Below are positions 8,005-17,117 of a stretch of 64,000 nucleotides of DNA, piece by piece. The DNA is from an uncultured Verrucomicrobiota bacterium (lineage in GTDB: Bacteria > Verrucomicrobiota > Verrucomicrobiia > Limisphaerales > UBA1100): positions 12,887 through 76,886 of the forward strand of contig CACDBG010000003.1 of assembly GCA_902551155.1 (NCBI GenBank), in the 5' to 3' direction. The position numbers and the translations under genes were made by a program. Under the pieces are notes generated by a model that saw only the letters and a program-made list of their open reading frames with translations, was not told the origin of the DNA and ran no database searches. The first letter of the stretch is position 1. Every line of letters starts with the position of its first letter.

Positions 8005-10515
8005 ATGAGTGACGAAGGCATGAGTAATTTTACTCCTCGGGCGCAGCAGGTTCTGGCGCTTGCTCGCAAGGAAGCAGATCGGTTTAACCATAATTTTGTG
8101 GGGACTGAGCATCTTTTGTTAGGCCTGATTAAATTAGGCCAAGGCGTAGCGGTTAATGTGCTACAAAAAATGGGACTGGACTTGGAAACAGTTCGTCTAG
8201 AGGTCGAAAAGCAAGTTGGGACCGGCCCTGATCAAAAGCAGGTAGGCAACATCCCTTACACGCCCCGCGTAAAGAAGGTCTTAAATCTAGCCTCAAAAGA
8301 AGCTAAGCAGCTTCAACACACCTATGTAGGGACCGAGCACATTCTGCTTGGATTGCTGCGTGAGGGCGATGGAGTGGCTGCTCGGGTTCTAAAGAATTTG
8401 GATATTGATATCGAGCAAACTAGACAGGAGATTCTAAAGGAATTGGACCCTAATTTCGCTATGGGTGAGGAGGGGTTAGAGGAAGAAGAAGAAGGAGAGG
8501 AAGCAGGACAAGTTAGTACGGGTGGTAAAAAGGGTAACAAAACGCCAGCCTTGCGCGCCTTTGGCCGAGATTTGACGGAAATAGCCAAAAAAGGGGAGAT
8601 GGATCCGGTTATTGGCCGAGCAGAGGAGATAGAGCGAGTAATTCAAATTCTTTGCCGTCGTACAAAGAACAACCCCGTGTTGTTAGGTGAGGCAGGAGTA
8701 GGCAAGACAGCGATTGTCGAAGGGTTAGCTCAAGAAATTGTTGGCGGTAATGTCCCAGAACTATTACGTGACAAAAGGGTCGTGACTTTAGATTTAGCTC
8801 TTATGGTAGCGGGAACAAAATATCGTGGCCAATTTGAAGAGCGAATCAAGGCGGTAATGGATGAAATCCGACGTGCCAAGAACGTTGTTCTATTTATTGA
8901 TGAATTGCATACCATAGTTGGGGCTGGTTCTGCAGAAGGTACGATGGATGCCAGCAATATAATTAAGCCTGCCCTTAGTCGCGCTGAGTTACAGTGCGTG
9001 GGCGCTACCACAATCAACGAATACCGTAAGTACATTGAAAAGGATGCTGCTTTGGAGCGCAGGTTTCAAACCGTGAAAGTAGAGGCTCCGTCACTTGATG
9101 AAGCGGTGGAAATTCTAAAAGGTTTGCGGGTTAAATATGAGGATCACCATAACGCAGAGATTAGCGATGCAGCAGTAGAGGCCTCAGTCAAGTTGTCTGA
9201 CAGATACATTACAGCTCGATATCTCCCGGATAAGGCTATCGATGTAATGGATGAGGCGGGTTCACGAGCACGTATTAAAACTATGACGCGCCCTCCGGAA
9301 ATTAAGGAGTTGGAAGTAAAGATTGAGCAGATAAAAGAAAAGAAAGAGGAGGCTATTAAGGAGCAAGATTTTGAGCGTGCTGCTGCAATGCGTGATGAGG
9401 AAAAGCAGGCAAAAGTAAGTCTTGAAAGCTCTATGGAAGAGTGGAAAAAGTCCTGCGCAGATAATCGAGTTGTCATAACTGATGAAGACATAATGCAAGT
9501 GGTGTCAAAATGGACTGGCATTCCTTTGCAGAGAATGGAAAAAGATGAGATCAAGAAGCTTCTTGGCATGGAGAAAATGCTGGAGAAGACAGTTATTGGG
9601 CAAGAAGATGCAGTTGTCGCACTTAGTAAGGCCTTGAGAAGGTCCCGGGCTGACCTCAAAGATCCTATCAGGCCTATTGGAGCATTCGCTTTATTAGGGC
9701 CTACGGGAGTTGGAAAAACTTTATTGGCTAAAACCATAGCTCAAGAGCTATTTGGTGACTCTAAAGCCTTAATTCAAATAGACATGAGCGAATATATGGA
9801 AAAATTCGCGACGTCTAGGTTGGTCGGTTCTCCGCCGGGGTATGTAGGATTCGAAGAGGGGGGGCAGTTGACTGAGCAAGTGAGGAGGCGCCCTTATTCA
9901 GTTGTGTTATTTGATGAAATTGAAAAGGCACATCCAGATGTTTCAAATATGCTTCTGCAAATTCTTGAGGAAGGAAAGCTGACTGACAGTCAGGGCCGGA
10001 CAGTAGATTTCCGAAATACTATTATTCTACTTACCTCTAATGTTGGTTCAGATAGTGCTAAAAAAAGCAAATCTATTGGTTTTAACAACTCAGGTGATGA
10101 GGTCGATTACGAGAAAATGAAGGAGCTCATCATGGACGATGCCAAAAAGGTGTTCAGGCCGGAATTTTTGAACCGCCTTGACGATGTGATTGTTTTCCAT
10201 TCCTTGGATAAAGAGGCTTTGATGAAAATTCTGGACCTGGAAGTTGAGAAGGTCGTTAATCGCTTAGAGCAGAAAAATATAGATCTTGTGCTCGATAAGT
10301 CTGCTTTAGATTTTCTGGTGGAAAAGGGTCATGATCCAGAATATGGGGCACGGCCCATGAGGCGGGCCGTTGAACGTTTTATGGAAGATCCGTTAGCTGA
10401 GGAAATTTTAAGGGGCAAGCTAATCGAAGGAAGTCCTATTAATGTTACTGCCGGCAAAGAGAAGTTAGTGTTTTCACAGAAATCTGCTGCTGAAAAAGCT
10501 GTGGTTGGAGAGTGA
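8005..10515 (+). CDS. clpC: ATP-dependent Clp protease ATP-binding subunit ClpC (class III Hsp100)
   Basis: Two N-terminal Clp repeats (FTPRAQQVL..., YTPRVKKVL...). D1 Walker A GEAGVGKT, the UVR/M-domain linker, D2 Walker A GPTGVGKT, and GARPMRR. The start is either ATG 8005 or ATG 8020 (MSNFTPRAQ...), which follows a GAAGG. Confidence 0.96.
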   Translation: MSDEGMSNFTPRAQQVLALARKEADRFNHNFVGTEHLLLGLIKLGQGVAVNVLQKMGLDLETVRLEVEKQVGTGPDQKQVGNIPYTPRVKKVLNLASKEAKQLQHTYVGTEHILLGLLREGDGVAARVLKNLDIDIEQTRQEILKELDPNFAMGEEGLEEEEEGEEAGQVSTGGKKGNKTPALRAFGRDLTEIAKKGEMDPVIGRAEEIERVIQILCRRTKNNPVLLGEAGVGKTAIVEGLAQEIVGGNVPELLRDKRVVTLDLALMVAGTKYRGQFEERIKAVMDEIRRAKNVVLFIDELHTIVGAGSAEGTMDASNIIKPALSRAELQCVGATTINEYRKYIEKDAALERRFQTVKVEAPSLDEAVEILKGLRVKYEDHHNAEISDAAVEASVKLSDRYITARYLPDKAIDVMDEAGSRARIKTMTRPPEIKELEVKIEQIKEKKEEAIKEQDFERAAAMRDEEKQAKVSLESSMEEWKKSCADNRVVITDEDIMQVVSKWTGIPLQRMEKDEIKKLLGMEKMLEKTVIGQEDAVVALSKALRRSRADLKDPIRPIGAFALLGPTGVGKTLLAKTIAQELFGDSKALIQIDMSEYMEKFATSRLVGSPPGYVGFEEGGQLTEQVRRRPYSVVLFDEIEKAHPDVSNMLLQILEEGKLTDSQGRTVDFRNTIILLTSNVGSDSAKKSKSIGFNNSGDEVDYEKMKELIMDDAKKVFRPEFLNRLDDVIVFHSLDKEALMKILDLEVEKVVNRLEQKNIDLVLDKSALDFLVEKGHDPEYGARPMRRAVERFMEDPLAEEILRGKLIEGSPINVTAGKEKLVFSQKSAAEKAVVGE

Positions 10516-10560
10516 TTTATTTATAGCTACAACAAACTATAACAGGAATTTGGAGGTGGC

Positions 10561-11337
10561 ATGAAAGCCGCACAGGGGGTGGGCATGAATTTTTCGATCG
10601 GTGTGGGCCGAGTTGCGCTTTTGGCGTGCGAGGTTATCAGGTCAATTTTCTCAGTTCGACTTGATTTGTCCGAGCTTCTCAAGCAGGTGCATTTCATCGG
10701 GGTCCGTTCTGTATTTGTTGTGTTAACCACCGGCGCTTCTACTGGTATGGTCTTTTGTGCACAAACGCTTTACCAGCTTCATAAGGTTAAAATGGACTCT
10801 GCAGCACTTTCAGTTGTTGGTATCGCAATGACGGGTGATTTAGGGCCCGTTTTGGCAGGGCTGATGGTTGCCGGAAGAGTAGGGGCCGGCATAACTGCAG
10901 AATTGGGTACTATGCGTGTGACCGAACAAATTGATGCTATGAGAACGATGTCGACTCATCCGATTGATTACCTTGTGGTGCCACGATTTATTGCTACTGT
11001 ATTGGCGATGCCGCTTTTAACTGTTCTGGCATCGGTAGTGGGCATTTTTGCTGCTTATATACTTTTGGGTAGTGTTCTTGGGGTGGACCAAGCTTCATCA
11101 CTTAAGCATATGTATTATTATACTGATACTGGAGATGTTTTGATGGGCTTAATCAAAGCATTTGTTTTCGGAGCACTTATTTCCCTAATTTCATGCTATC
11201 GTGGTCTTAATTGTGATAAAGGGGCCGAAGGAGTGGGTAAGGCTACTAACGAAGCTGTTGTTCAGTCTTGTATTTCAATACTTGTATCTAACTTTTTTCT
11301 GACGCTTTTGTTGCGCCCCATCCTAAAATCTTTTTGA
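10561..11337 (+). CDS. mlaE: MlaE-family ABC transporter permease
   Basis: 258 aa polytopic protein with MlaE signatures (GPVLAGLMVAGRVGAGITAELGTMRVTEQIDAM). First gene of a permease-ATPase-MCE triplet. Confidence 0.9.
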   Translation: MKAAQGVGMNFSIGVGRVALLACEVIRSIFSVRLDLSELLKQVHFIGVRSVFVVLTTGASTGMVFCAQTLYQLHKVKMDSAALSVVGIAMTGDLGPVLAGLMVAGRVGAGITAELGTMRVTEQIDAMRTMSTHPIDYLVVPRFIATVLAMPLLTVLASVVGIFAAYILLGSVLGVDQASSLKHMYYYTDTGDVLMGLIKAFVFGALISLISCYRGLNCDKGAEGVGKATNEAVVQSCISILVSNFFLTLLLRPILKSF

Positions 11338-12083
11338 TGATCGAGGTTAAAAATCTTTGTAAGAGCTTTGGGTCAAATTTGGTGCTCAATCAGGTCGGGT
11401 TTGAGGTCGATGAAGGAGAGAGTATTGCCATAATTGGAAGAAGTGGGACTGGGAAAAGTGTGCTCATTAAACACTTGATCGGGTTGATTGCACCTGATTC
11501 AGGTCAGGTGAAAGTGGATGGTCAAAATTTGGTGGGGATGAGTGAGCGGGAATTATTACTTATTCGGCAAAAATTCGGGATGCTTTTTCAGGGTGCGGCT
11601 CTGTTTGACTCACTAAATGTAGCGGAAAATATAGCATTTCCCCTAAGGCGAACGGGATGTTCTGACGAATCTGATATTGAACGTCGTGTTGATGAAGTTC
11701 TTAATTTAGTTGAATTGAGTGGGACAAACCTGAAGATGCCTTCGGAGCTTTCTGGCGGCATGCAGAAACGTGTGGGGCTTGCTCGGGCGATTGTTCACCG
11801 ACCCCAAATTATTTTATATGATGAGCCTACTACGGGATTGGATCCAATAGTTTCTGATAGTATAGACCAATTGATGATGCGGGTTCGGGACAAGTACCAC
11901 ATTACTTCAATTGTTGTTACGCATGATATGCGATGTGCCCGGCGTCTTGGGCAGCGGATAATTTACCTTCGTGAAGGACAAGTTTATCTCGACGCTTCTG
12001 CCGAAGAAGTTTTCAATTCTGAGGATGAGTTGGTGGGAAAGTTCATTCGTGGTGAGGCGGATTTGAAGGAGGTAGAGTTCTGA
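11334..12083 (+). CDS. MlaF-like ABC transporter ATP-binding protein
   Basis: Walker A GRSGTGKS, signature LSGGMQKRVGLARA, Walker B ILYDEPTTGLD. Overlaps both neighbouring genes. ATG at 11337. Confidence 0.9.
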   Translation: MMIEVKNLCKSFGSNLVLNQVGFEVDEGESIAIIGRSGTGKSVLIKHLIGLIAPDSGQVKVDGQNLVGMSERELLLIRQKFGMLFQGAALFDSLNVAENIAFPLRRTGCSDESDIERRVDEVLNLVELSGTNLKMPSELSGGMQKRVGLARAIVHRPQIILYDEPTTGLDPIVSDSIDQLMMRVRDKYHITSIVVTHDMRCARRLGQRIIYLREGQVYLDASAEEVFNSEDELVGKFIRGEADLKEVEF

Positions 12084-13189
12084 TGAGTGCCGGTCGATTA
12101 GAGTTAAAAGTGGGATTGTTTGTCACCGTGCTTTTGGGGTTGGCCGCAATTATGAGCATCAAATTCAATGAGACTGGATTTGGCCTCAGGAAAACCTATT
12201 CATTAAAACTCCAGACCCAAAATGCAGGGTCTATTATACCAGATTCTTCTGTTATGATGTCGGGAGTTAAAATTGGTTACGTCGATAAAATTGATCTCCA
12301 GGGTGATAAAGGTAAGGTGTATATAGAGGTGAGGCTGTATCCTGAATATCGGGATCAGGTTTGCCATGGCTCGGTGTTTCGCATTAAGTCGAGTGGTTTT
12401 TTGGGTGATCAGTACATAGCTGTTCAACCGAGTGTTACTCCTGGAGACCCCATCAAGTCAGGTGAAATTTATGAATGTGAAGGACCCTTCGACGTTGAGC
12501 AAATTGTGCGAAAAGTTGATGGTTTAGTGGCCAAGATAAGTGGAGCTGCGGAGTCGATTGATTCATTAATAATAAAATTAGATAAGGGTGTGTTAAGTGA
12601 TGATTCGGTGGGTGACATAAAAATGACAATCGCTCAATTCCGTGAGGCAACTGATAAGGCAAACCGAGTGTTTGGGGCAGTCGATAAAATGCTTGTTACC
12701 AATGAGCCAGCTGTCTATCAAAGTATAACGAATTTTAGCTCTTTTACGAAGAGTCTGGATGCTTCAGCGAAAGGGTTGGAACAAATAATCGTCACTAATG
12801 CTCCCACTATTCAAACTGCAGTGGAAAAAATTGGTGCGTTTACTATTAAACTAGAAAAAACGACTGATGAGCTACAGTCTACCTTGGCTAATAATCGCAC
12901 AAATATAACATTCATTGTGGAAAATATGGCTTTAGCTACAGACAGTATTAAAGACATAACAGACAGTGCACAAACAATTTTGAAGGAGATTGAATCTGGT
13001 AAAGGGTTAGCAGGGGGGCTTGTAAAAAATGATGAAATGAGAGTTCAGTTTCAGATGATGTTAACCAACATGAACAGTACAGCAGTCCATTTATCTAACC
13101 TCACGAGCAACCTCAATAAACGAGGTTTATTCTATAAGCCTAAACCCGAAACTCTTGTTATTCCAAATCGTAGCGTTAGGCCGAAGTGA
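12083..13189 (+). CDS. MCE/MlaD-family substrate-binding protein with long helical C-terminal extension
   Basis: N-terminal TM segment, then an MCE domain (VMMSGVKIGYVDKIDL...). About 200 aa of predicted helical extension follows. ATGA overlap with the ATPase gene. Confidence 0.85.
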   Translation: MSAGRLELKVGLFVTVLLGLAAIMSIKFNETGFGLRKTYSLKLQTQNAGSIIPDSSVMMSGVKIGYVDKIDLQGDKGKVYIEVRLYPEYRDQVCHGSVFRIKSSGFLGDQYIAVQPSVTPGDPIKSGEIYECEGPFDVEQIVRKVDGLVAKISGAAESIDSLIIKLDKGVLSDDSVGDIKMTIAQFREATDKANRVFGAVDKMLVTNEPAVYQSITNFSSFTKSLDASAKGLEQIIVTNAPTIQTAVEKIGAFTIKLEKTTDELQSTLANNRTNITFIVENMALATDSIKDITDSAQTILKEIESGKGLAGGLVKNDEMRVQFQMMLTNMNSTAVHLSNLTSNLNKRGLFYKPKPETLVIPNRSVRPK

Positions 13190-13416
13190 GTATGGATCGT
13201 GTTACTGTTTTTACTGCGTTTAATCCTGTACAGGCTCAAATAATTGGGGCGCGTCTTCAAGCCGCTGGGATGGATGCTACAGTTGAGGGAGAGACTGCAG
13301 CATTAAGTATGGAAGGATATTCTCTTTCCACTGGAGGTATTCGTGTACAGGTTCCCTTCAGCGAGGAGTATGATGCCCGCCAGCTGATTGATTCGGATGA
13401 AGAAGACGAGAGCTAA
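13186..13416 (+). CDS. DUF2007-like small protein (putative signal-transducing, GlnB-like fold)
   Basis: 76 aa. VTVFTAFNPVQAQIIGARLQAAGMDATVEGE... fits the DUF2007 pattern and ends in an acidic tail. Its start overlaps the MCE stop (GTGA; or the ATG at 13192). Confidence 0.6.
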   Translation: MSMDRVTVFTAFNPVQAQIIGARLQAAGMDATVEGETAALSMEGYSLSTGGIRVQVPFSEEYDARQLIDSDEEDES

Positions 13417-14776
13417 GTTGTGGAAAGGGTTGCAAGGTAGACTTGCTTCAGGTGAGCTGAAACTGGACGTTCCTACGTTGGAATCCCATAGTGGGGACAA
13501 ATGGTTTGCAGCTAGTCTTCCCGAGGCGGTTGCTATTCCGCGGTCAGTCAAGTCGGTTAGTTCTATTTTACAGTTTGCTTACCGCCATGACATTCCGGTT
13601 ACCCCTCGAGGAGCTGGGTACGGTTATGTTGGAGGGTGTGTGCCGTCGCGTGGTGGAATTGCTTTATCACTCGCCCGTATGGGCAGGATTCGGGAGATCA
13701 ATCAAAAAGATTTTGTAGCTGTGGTTCAGCCTGGTGTAGTTACTGCAGCCCTGCAGGGAGCGGTTGAGGCTAAGGGGCTTTATTATCCGCCTGATCCGGC
13801 TAGTCGGTCTGATTGTAGTATTGGTGGGAATATTGCGACTAACGCTGGAGGGCCTAGATGCTTAAAGTATGGAGTCACATCGGATTATGTTCTCGGGTTA
13901 CAAGTAGTTTTGGCTGATGGAGCTATTGTTTCAATCGGAAGTCGTACGCACAAAAATAAAACCGGTTTTGACTTCGCTAGGTTTTTTACCGGCAGCGAAG
14001 GGCTGCTAGGAATCGTAACGCAAGCTACTTTGAAATTGCTCCCCTTACCTCCATTTTCTGCGGCATTGTCGGTTGGTTTTGGGTCAATTAATGATGCAGC
14101 AAAAGGTATCGATCTCATATTCAAGTCTGGCTTTATGCCGAGCGCATTAGAGATTGCTGATGAATTCACCTTAAAAGCGGCAACAAAAAGAACCGGCAGT
14201 GATCTTTTATCGGGATGTTGTGGTCATCTAATTATTGAACTAGATGGTCAGGAAAGGAGCGTGCGTGGTGAGTTAAAGGACATCAAAAGGTTGCTAGCGG
14301 TTTTAAAGCCGCGCTTTATAAATCAAGCGTTGGGGAAACAGGCCGTGGAGTCGCTTTGGCAATTACGCCGTGAGTTTTCCTATTCACTAAGAGATACCGG
14401 TTTTATTAAGCTTAATCATGATATTGTAGTTCCAAGAGGTAGGTTGATAGAACTGTTGAAATTTGCTGGGCGATTGCAGAAGAAGCATAAGATGCCAGTT
14501 GCTTGTTTTGGTCACGCGGGAGATGGGAATATCCATGTAAATGTAATGGTCGAAAATGAATCTTCAGAGCATGCTGAGTTTGATAATCCCGTTATTGATG
14601 AATTGTTTCGGTGGGTGGTGAAATCTGGTGGAGTTATCACTGGTGAGCACGGGATCGGGCTTGCTAGAAAACCATGGTGGTCTTTGGCGGCTTCTCCAGA
14701 AGTTCGCAAGCTACATAAAAGTGTGAAACAAGCACTTGACCCAAAAGGTATTCTAAATCCAGGCAAATTTATTTAG
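13388..14776 (+). CDS. FAD-linked oxidase, GlcD / D-lactate dehydrogenase family
   Basis: FAD-binding PCMH domain (PRGAGYGYVGG, GGNIATNAGGPRCLKYG). C-terminal FAD-oxidase domain (GHAGDGNIHVN, GEHGIGLAR, DPKGILNPGK). The start is probably the ATG at 13397. Confidence 0.88.
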   Translation: MIRMKKTRAKLWKGLQGRLASGELKLDVPTLESHSGDKWFAASLPEAVAIPRSVKSVSSILQFAYRHDIPVTPRGAGYGYVGGCVPSRGGIALSLARMGRIREINQKDFVAVVQPGVVTAALQGAVEAKGLYYPPDPASRSDCSIGGNIATNAGGPRCLKYGVTSDYVLGLQVVLADGAIVSIGSRTHKNKTGFDFARFFTGSEGLLGIVTQATLKLLPLPPFSAALSVGFGSINDAAKGIDLIFKSGFMPSALEIADEFTLKAATKRTGSDLLSGCCGHLIIELDGQERSVRGELKDIKRLLAVLKPRFINQALGKQAVESLWQLRREFSYSLRDTGFIKLNHDIVVPRGRLIELLKFAGRLQKKHKMPVACFGHAGDGNIHVNVMVENESSEHAEFDNPVIDELFRWVVKSGGVITGEHGIGLARKPWWSLAASPEVRKLHKSVKQALDPKGILNPGKFI

Positions 14777-15021
14777 GTAGGGCGGGCTAGCGCTACGGTA
14801 ATTATGCGACCTTCGAGTTCAGATCCATGAAGGTTTTCTATTGCGATATTTACTTCTGAAGAATTGCTCATTTCGATGAATCCACAGCCGTTAGAACGCC
14901 CTGAGACACGATCGCGGACATGCGTTACCTCCCTTGTTTCACCGGCAGAAGAAAAGTGAGCTTTTAGTTCTTCATTGGTAATCTTAAAGGGCAAGTTGCC
15001 TACATATAAGGTGTTAGACAT
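14773..15021 (-). CDS. RRM-type RNA-binding protein
   Basis: RNP2 LYVGNLPF and RNP1 SNGCGFIEM. 82 aa from MSNTLYV. The stop overlaps the glcD-like stop (TTAG). Confidence 0.88.
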   Translation of the reverse strand: MSNTLYVGNLPFKITNEELKAHFSSAGETREVTHVRDRVSGRSNGCGFIEMSNSSEVNIAIENLHGSELEGRIITVALARPT

Positions 15022-15052
15022 GGGTAAAGTAAAACATGACATTTGCTCAGCT

Positions 15053-15757
15053 TCAAGGTCGGTGCACTAGGACAACAAATTCTCCTTTAGGCTTACGTTT
15101 ACTGTAGAATTCAATCAATTCGATCGGGGATCCGCGCAGGAACTCTTCAAATTTTTTGGTCAATTCTCTTGCCAGTACAACATTAGAATTTGGCCATAGC
15201 TCTTGTAGCTCGTTTAACAGCTTGATAATACGATAAGGCGACTCATAAAAGCACAGAGTTCCAGAAACTTTATCTAAAGAATCGAGTATTTTTTTTCGGC
15301 CCATGCTTTTGTGGGGAAGGAATCCCATAAAATGAAATTCTTCGGTTGGCAATCCACTGGCGGGTAGAGCGGTGGTAAGAGCACAGGGTCCGGGGACGCT
15401 TTCTACTCGATATCCTGCATTGATTGCAAATTGTACAATGCGTCCTCCCGGATCGCTAATGCCTGGAGTACCAGCATCACTAACTAATGCGACAGTTTGC
15501 CCGTTTTTAAGTCTATTTAAGAGCTCATCTGAGCGTCTAGTCTCATTGAATTTGTGGCAACTTATAACTGATTGGTCGATTCCATGGGATTTAAGTAATT
15601 GCTTTGTACGGCGTGTATCTTCTGCGGCTATTATGCTGCATTCTCTAAGAGTTCGTAATGCGCGCAAAGTAATGTCCTCAAGGTTTCCAATGGGTGTGGC
15701 TACCAAATACAACGTTCCGGGTTCAAGTGGAGCCTGAGGCATGTGCGGATGAAACAC
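15053..15757 (-). CDS. rsmI: 16S rRNA (cytidine1402-2'-O)-methyltransferase
   Basis: LYLVATPIGNLEDITLRALRTL...IAAEDTRRT and SDAGTPGISDPG are hallmark RsmI (tetrapyrrole-methylase fold) motifs. Confidence 0.92.
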   Translation of the reverse strand: MFHPHMPQAPLEPGTLYLVATPIGNLEDITLRALRTLRECSIIAAEDTRRTKQLLKSHGIDQSVISCHKFNETRRSDELLNRLKNGQTVALVSDAGTPGISDPGGRIVQFAINAGYRVESVPGPCALTTALPASGLPTEEFHFMGFLPHKSMGRKKILDSLDKVSGTLCFYESPYRIIKLLNELQELWPNSNVVLARELTKKFEEFLRGSPIELIEFYSKRKPKGEFVVLVHRP

Positions 15758-15812
15758 AGGTGATTGTCAGGACGCAATCAGATTCGAATTGCAATTTCTC
15801 ATTTTCGCTCGT

Positions 15813-16019
15813 ATGAACAAGTCACGGATGCCGAACCCTGACGAGAGCGAAATCTCGCCCAAAAATTATCGGTGGCCTTTTTTTGCCTGCCTATTTGCAA
15901 TTCTTTGGGTGTTGCTTTATTTCCTATGGATTGCATGGGGGGCTAATCAGACTAAAAAAGAAAAGGAGCAGAGGTTACAGATGGATCCATTTGGAAATCA
16001 ACTGGAGTACGTCGATTAG
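15813..16019 (+). CDS. small single-pass membrane protein, unknown function
   Basis: ORF with one hydrophobic span (WPFFACLFAILWVLLYFLWIAWGA). It ends 3 nt before the FGE start codon. I recognise no homology, so the call rests on position and ORF only. Confidence 0.4.
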   Translation: MNKSRMPNPDESEISPKNYRWPFFACLFAILWVLLYFLWIAWGANQTKKEKEQRLQMDPFGNQLEYVD

Positions 16020-16022
16020 AGT

Positions 16023-17117
16023 ATGATGAATAAAATATGCAATATGGTTATGGTGGGCCTTTTTTTGCTGCTTTTATTGGGGTGCAAGCCTAGTGAGAAC
16101 ACCAATAGTTCCGGGCCGAAGATTCCAATAAGGAGTGACTCGTGGGTTAAAGCCGATTTTAAAACCGAACGGATGGTATGGATTCCGCCAGGTTCCTTTG
16201 ATATGGGGTCTACAAAAAATCAGGATGAGCAGCCGGTGCACAAAGTGAAGTTGGATGGTTTTTGGATTGGGAAATACGAGGTTACCAATGAAGAGTTTTC
16301 GGAATTTGTCAAAGATAGTGGCTATAAAACTATTGCTGAACGAAAGCCCGATCCAAAGGATTTTCCAACGATACCGGCTGAGGAATTCAAAAACATTAAA
16401 GCAGGATCTATTGTTTTTACGCCTCCAGAAGAAGATATCCCTGTAGAGCGATTAAAACATCATAATGCTTTTATGGCTTGGTGGAAGTACGTGGATGGTG
16501 CCAGTTGGCGTTTTCCTGAAGGTTCCAATAAAGAGGGGGTAGAAGAAAAATCCAATCATCCGGTAGTTCACATAGCTTGGTATGATGCACGTGAATACTG
16601 CAATTGGTTAACCCGTAAGACAGGTATCAAGCACCGGTTGCCTACTGAGGCTGAGTGGGAATATGCCGCGCGAGGAGGTTTGGAAGGAAAGGAATATATT
16701 TGGGGAGATGAGCAGGAGCCAGAAGGGCAGGTTATGGCAAATATATGGCAGGGAAGATTTCCTCGGGAAAACACCAAAAAAGACGGATATTATACGACTG
16801 CTCCAGTTGGTAAATTTCCTCCCAATGGATATGGATTATTTGATATGGCGGGGAATGTTTGGGAGTGGTGTTCGGATTGGTATATGCCCAACTATTATCG
16901 GAATAGCCCGGTGTCAAACCCACAGGGGCCTAATGAAAGTTATGATCCGAATGAGCCCGGCCAATGGAAGCGCGTGCAACGTAGCGGATCTTTTCTTTGC
17001 ACAGACCTTTATTGCGGGGCATTTCGGCCCTCTCAAAGAATGAAAACCACTCCTGATACCGGGATGTCCCATGGTGGGTTTAGAGTGGTGGCTGAGGCTT
17101 CTGCTCCAATAGAATAG
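16023..17117 (+). CDS. formylglycine-generating enzyme (SUMF1/FGE family), predicted lipoprotein
   Basis: Lipobox LLLLGC. FGE motifs RLPTEAEWEYAARGG and GNVWEWCSDWY. Catalytic Cys pair in RSGSFLCTDLYCGAFRPSQR. Confidence 0.92.
   Translation: MMNKICNMVMVGLFLLLLLGCKPSENTNSSGPKIPIRSDSWVKADFKTERMVWIPPGSFDMGSTKNQDEQPVHKVKLDGFWIGKYEVTNEEFSEFVKDSGYKTIAERKPDPKDFPTIPAEEFKNIKAGSIVFTPPEEDIPVERLKHHNAFMAWWKYVDGASWRFPEGSNKEGVEEKSNHPVVHIAWYDAREYCNWLTRKTGIKHRLPTEAEWEYAARGGLEGKEYIWGDEQEPEGQVMANIWQGRFPRENTKKDGYYTTAPVGKFPPNGYGLFDMAGNVWEWCSDWYMPNYYRNSPVSNPQGPNESYDPNEPGQWKRVQRSGSFLCTDLYCGAFRPSQRMKTTPDTGMSHGGFRVVAEASAPIE

Noticed and set aside
9144-9737. 197-aa minus-strand ORF (and the 9262-9498 ORF) inside clpC
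   Set aside because: It is antisense to the Glu/Lys-rich M-domain of ClpC. GAA/AAG-rich coding sequence typically leaves the opposite strand free of stops. The product is low-complexity Ser/Ile/Phe-rich.
16663-17043. 126-aa alternative-frame plus-strand ORF inside the FGE gene
   Set aside because: It lies out of frame within a complete, motif-rich FGE and has no independent support.
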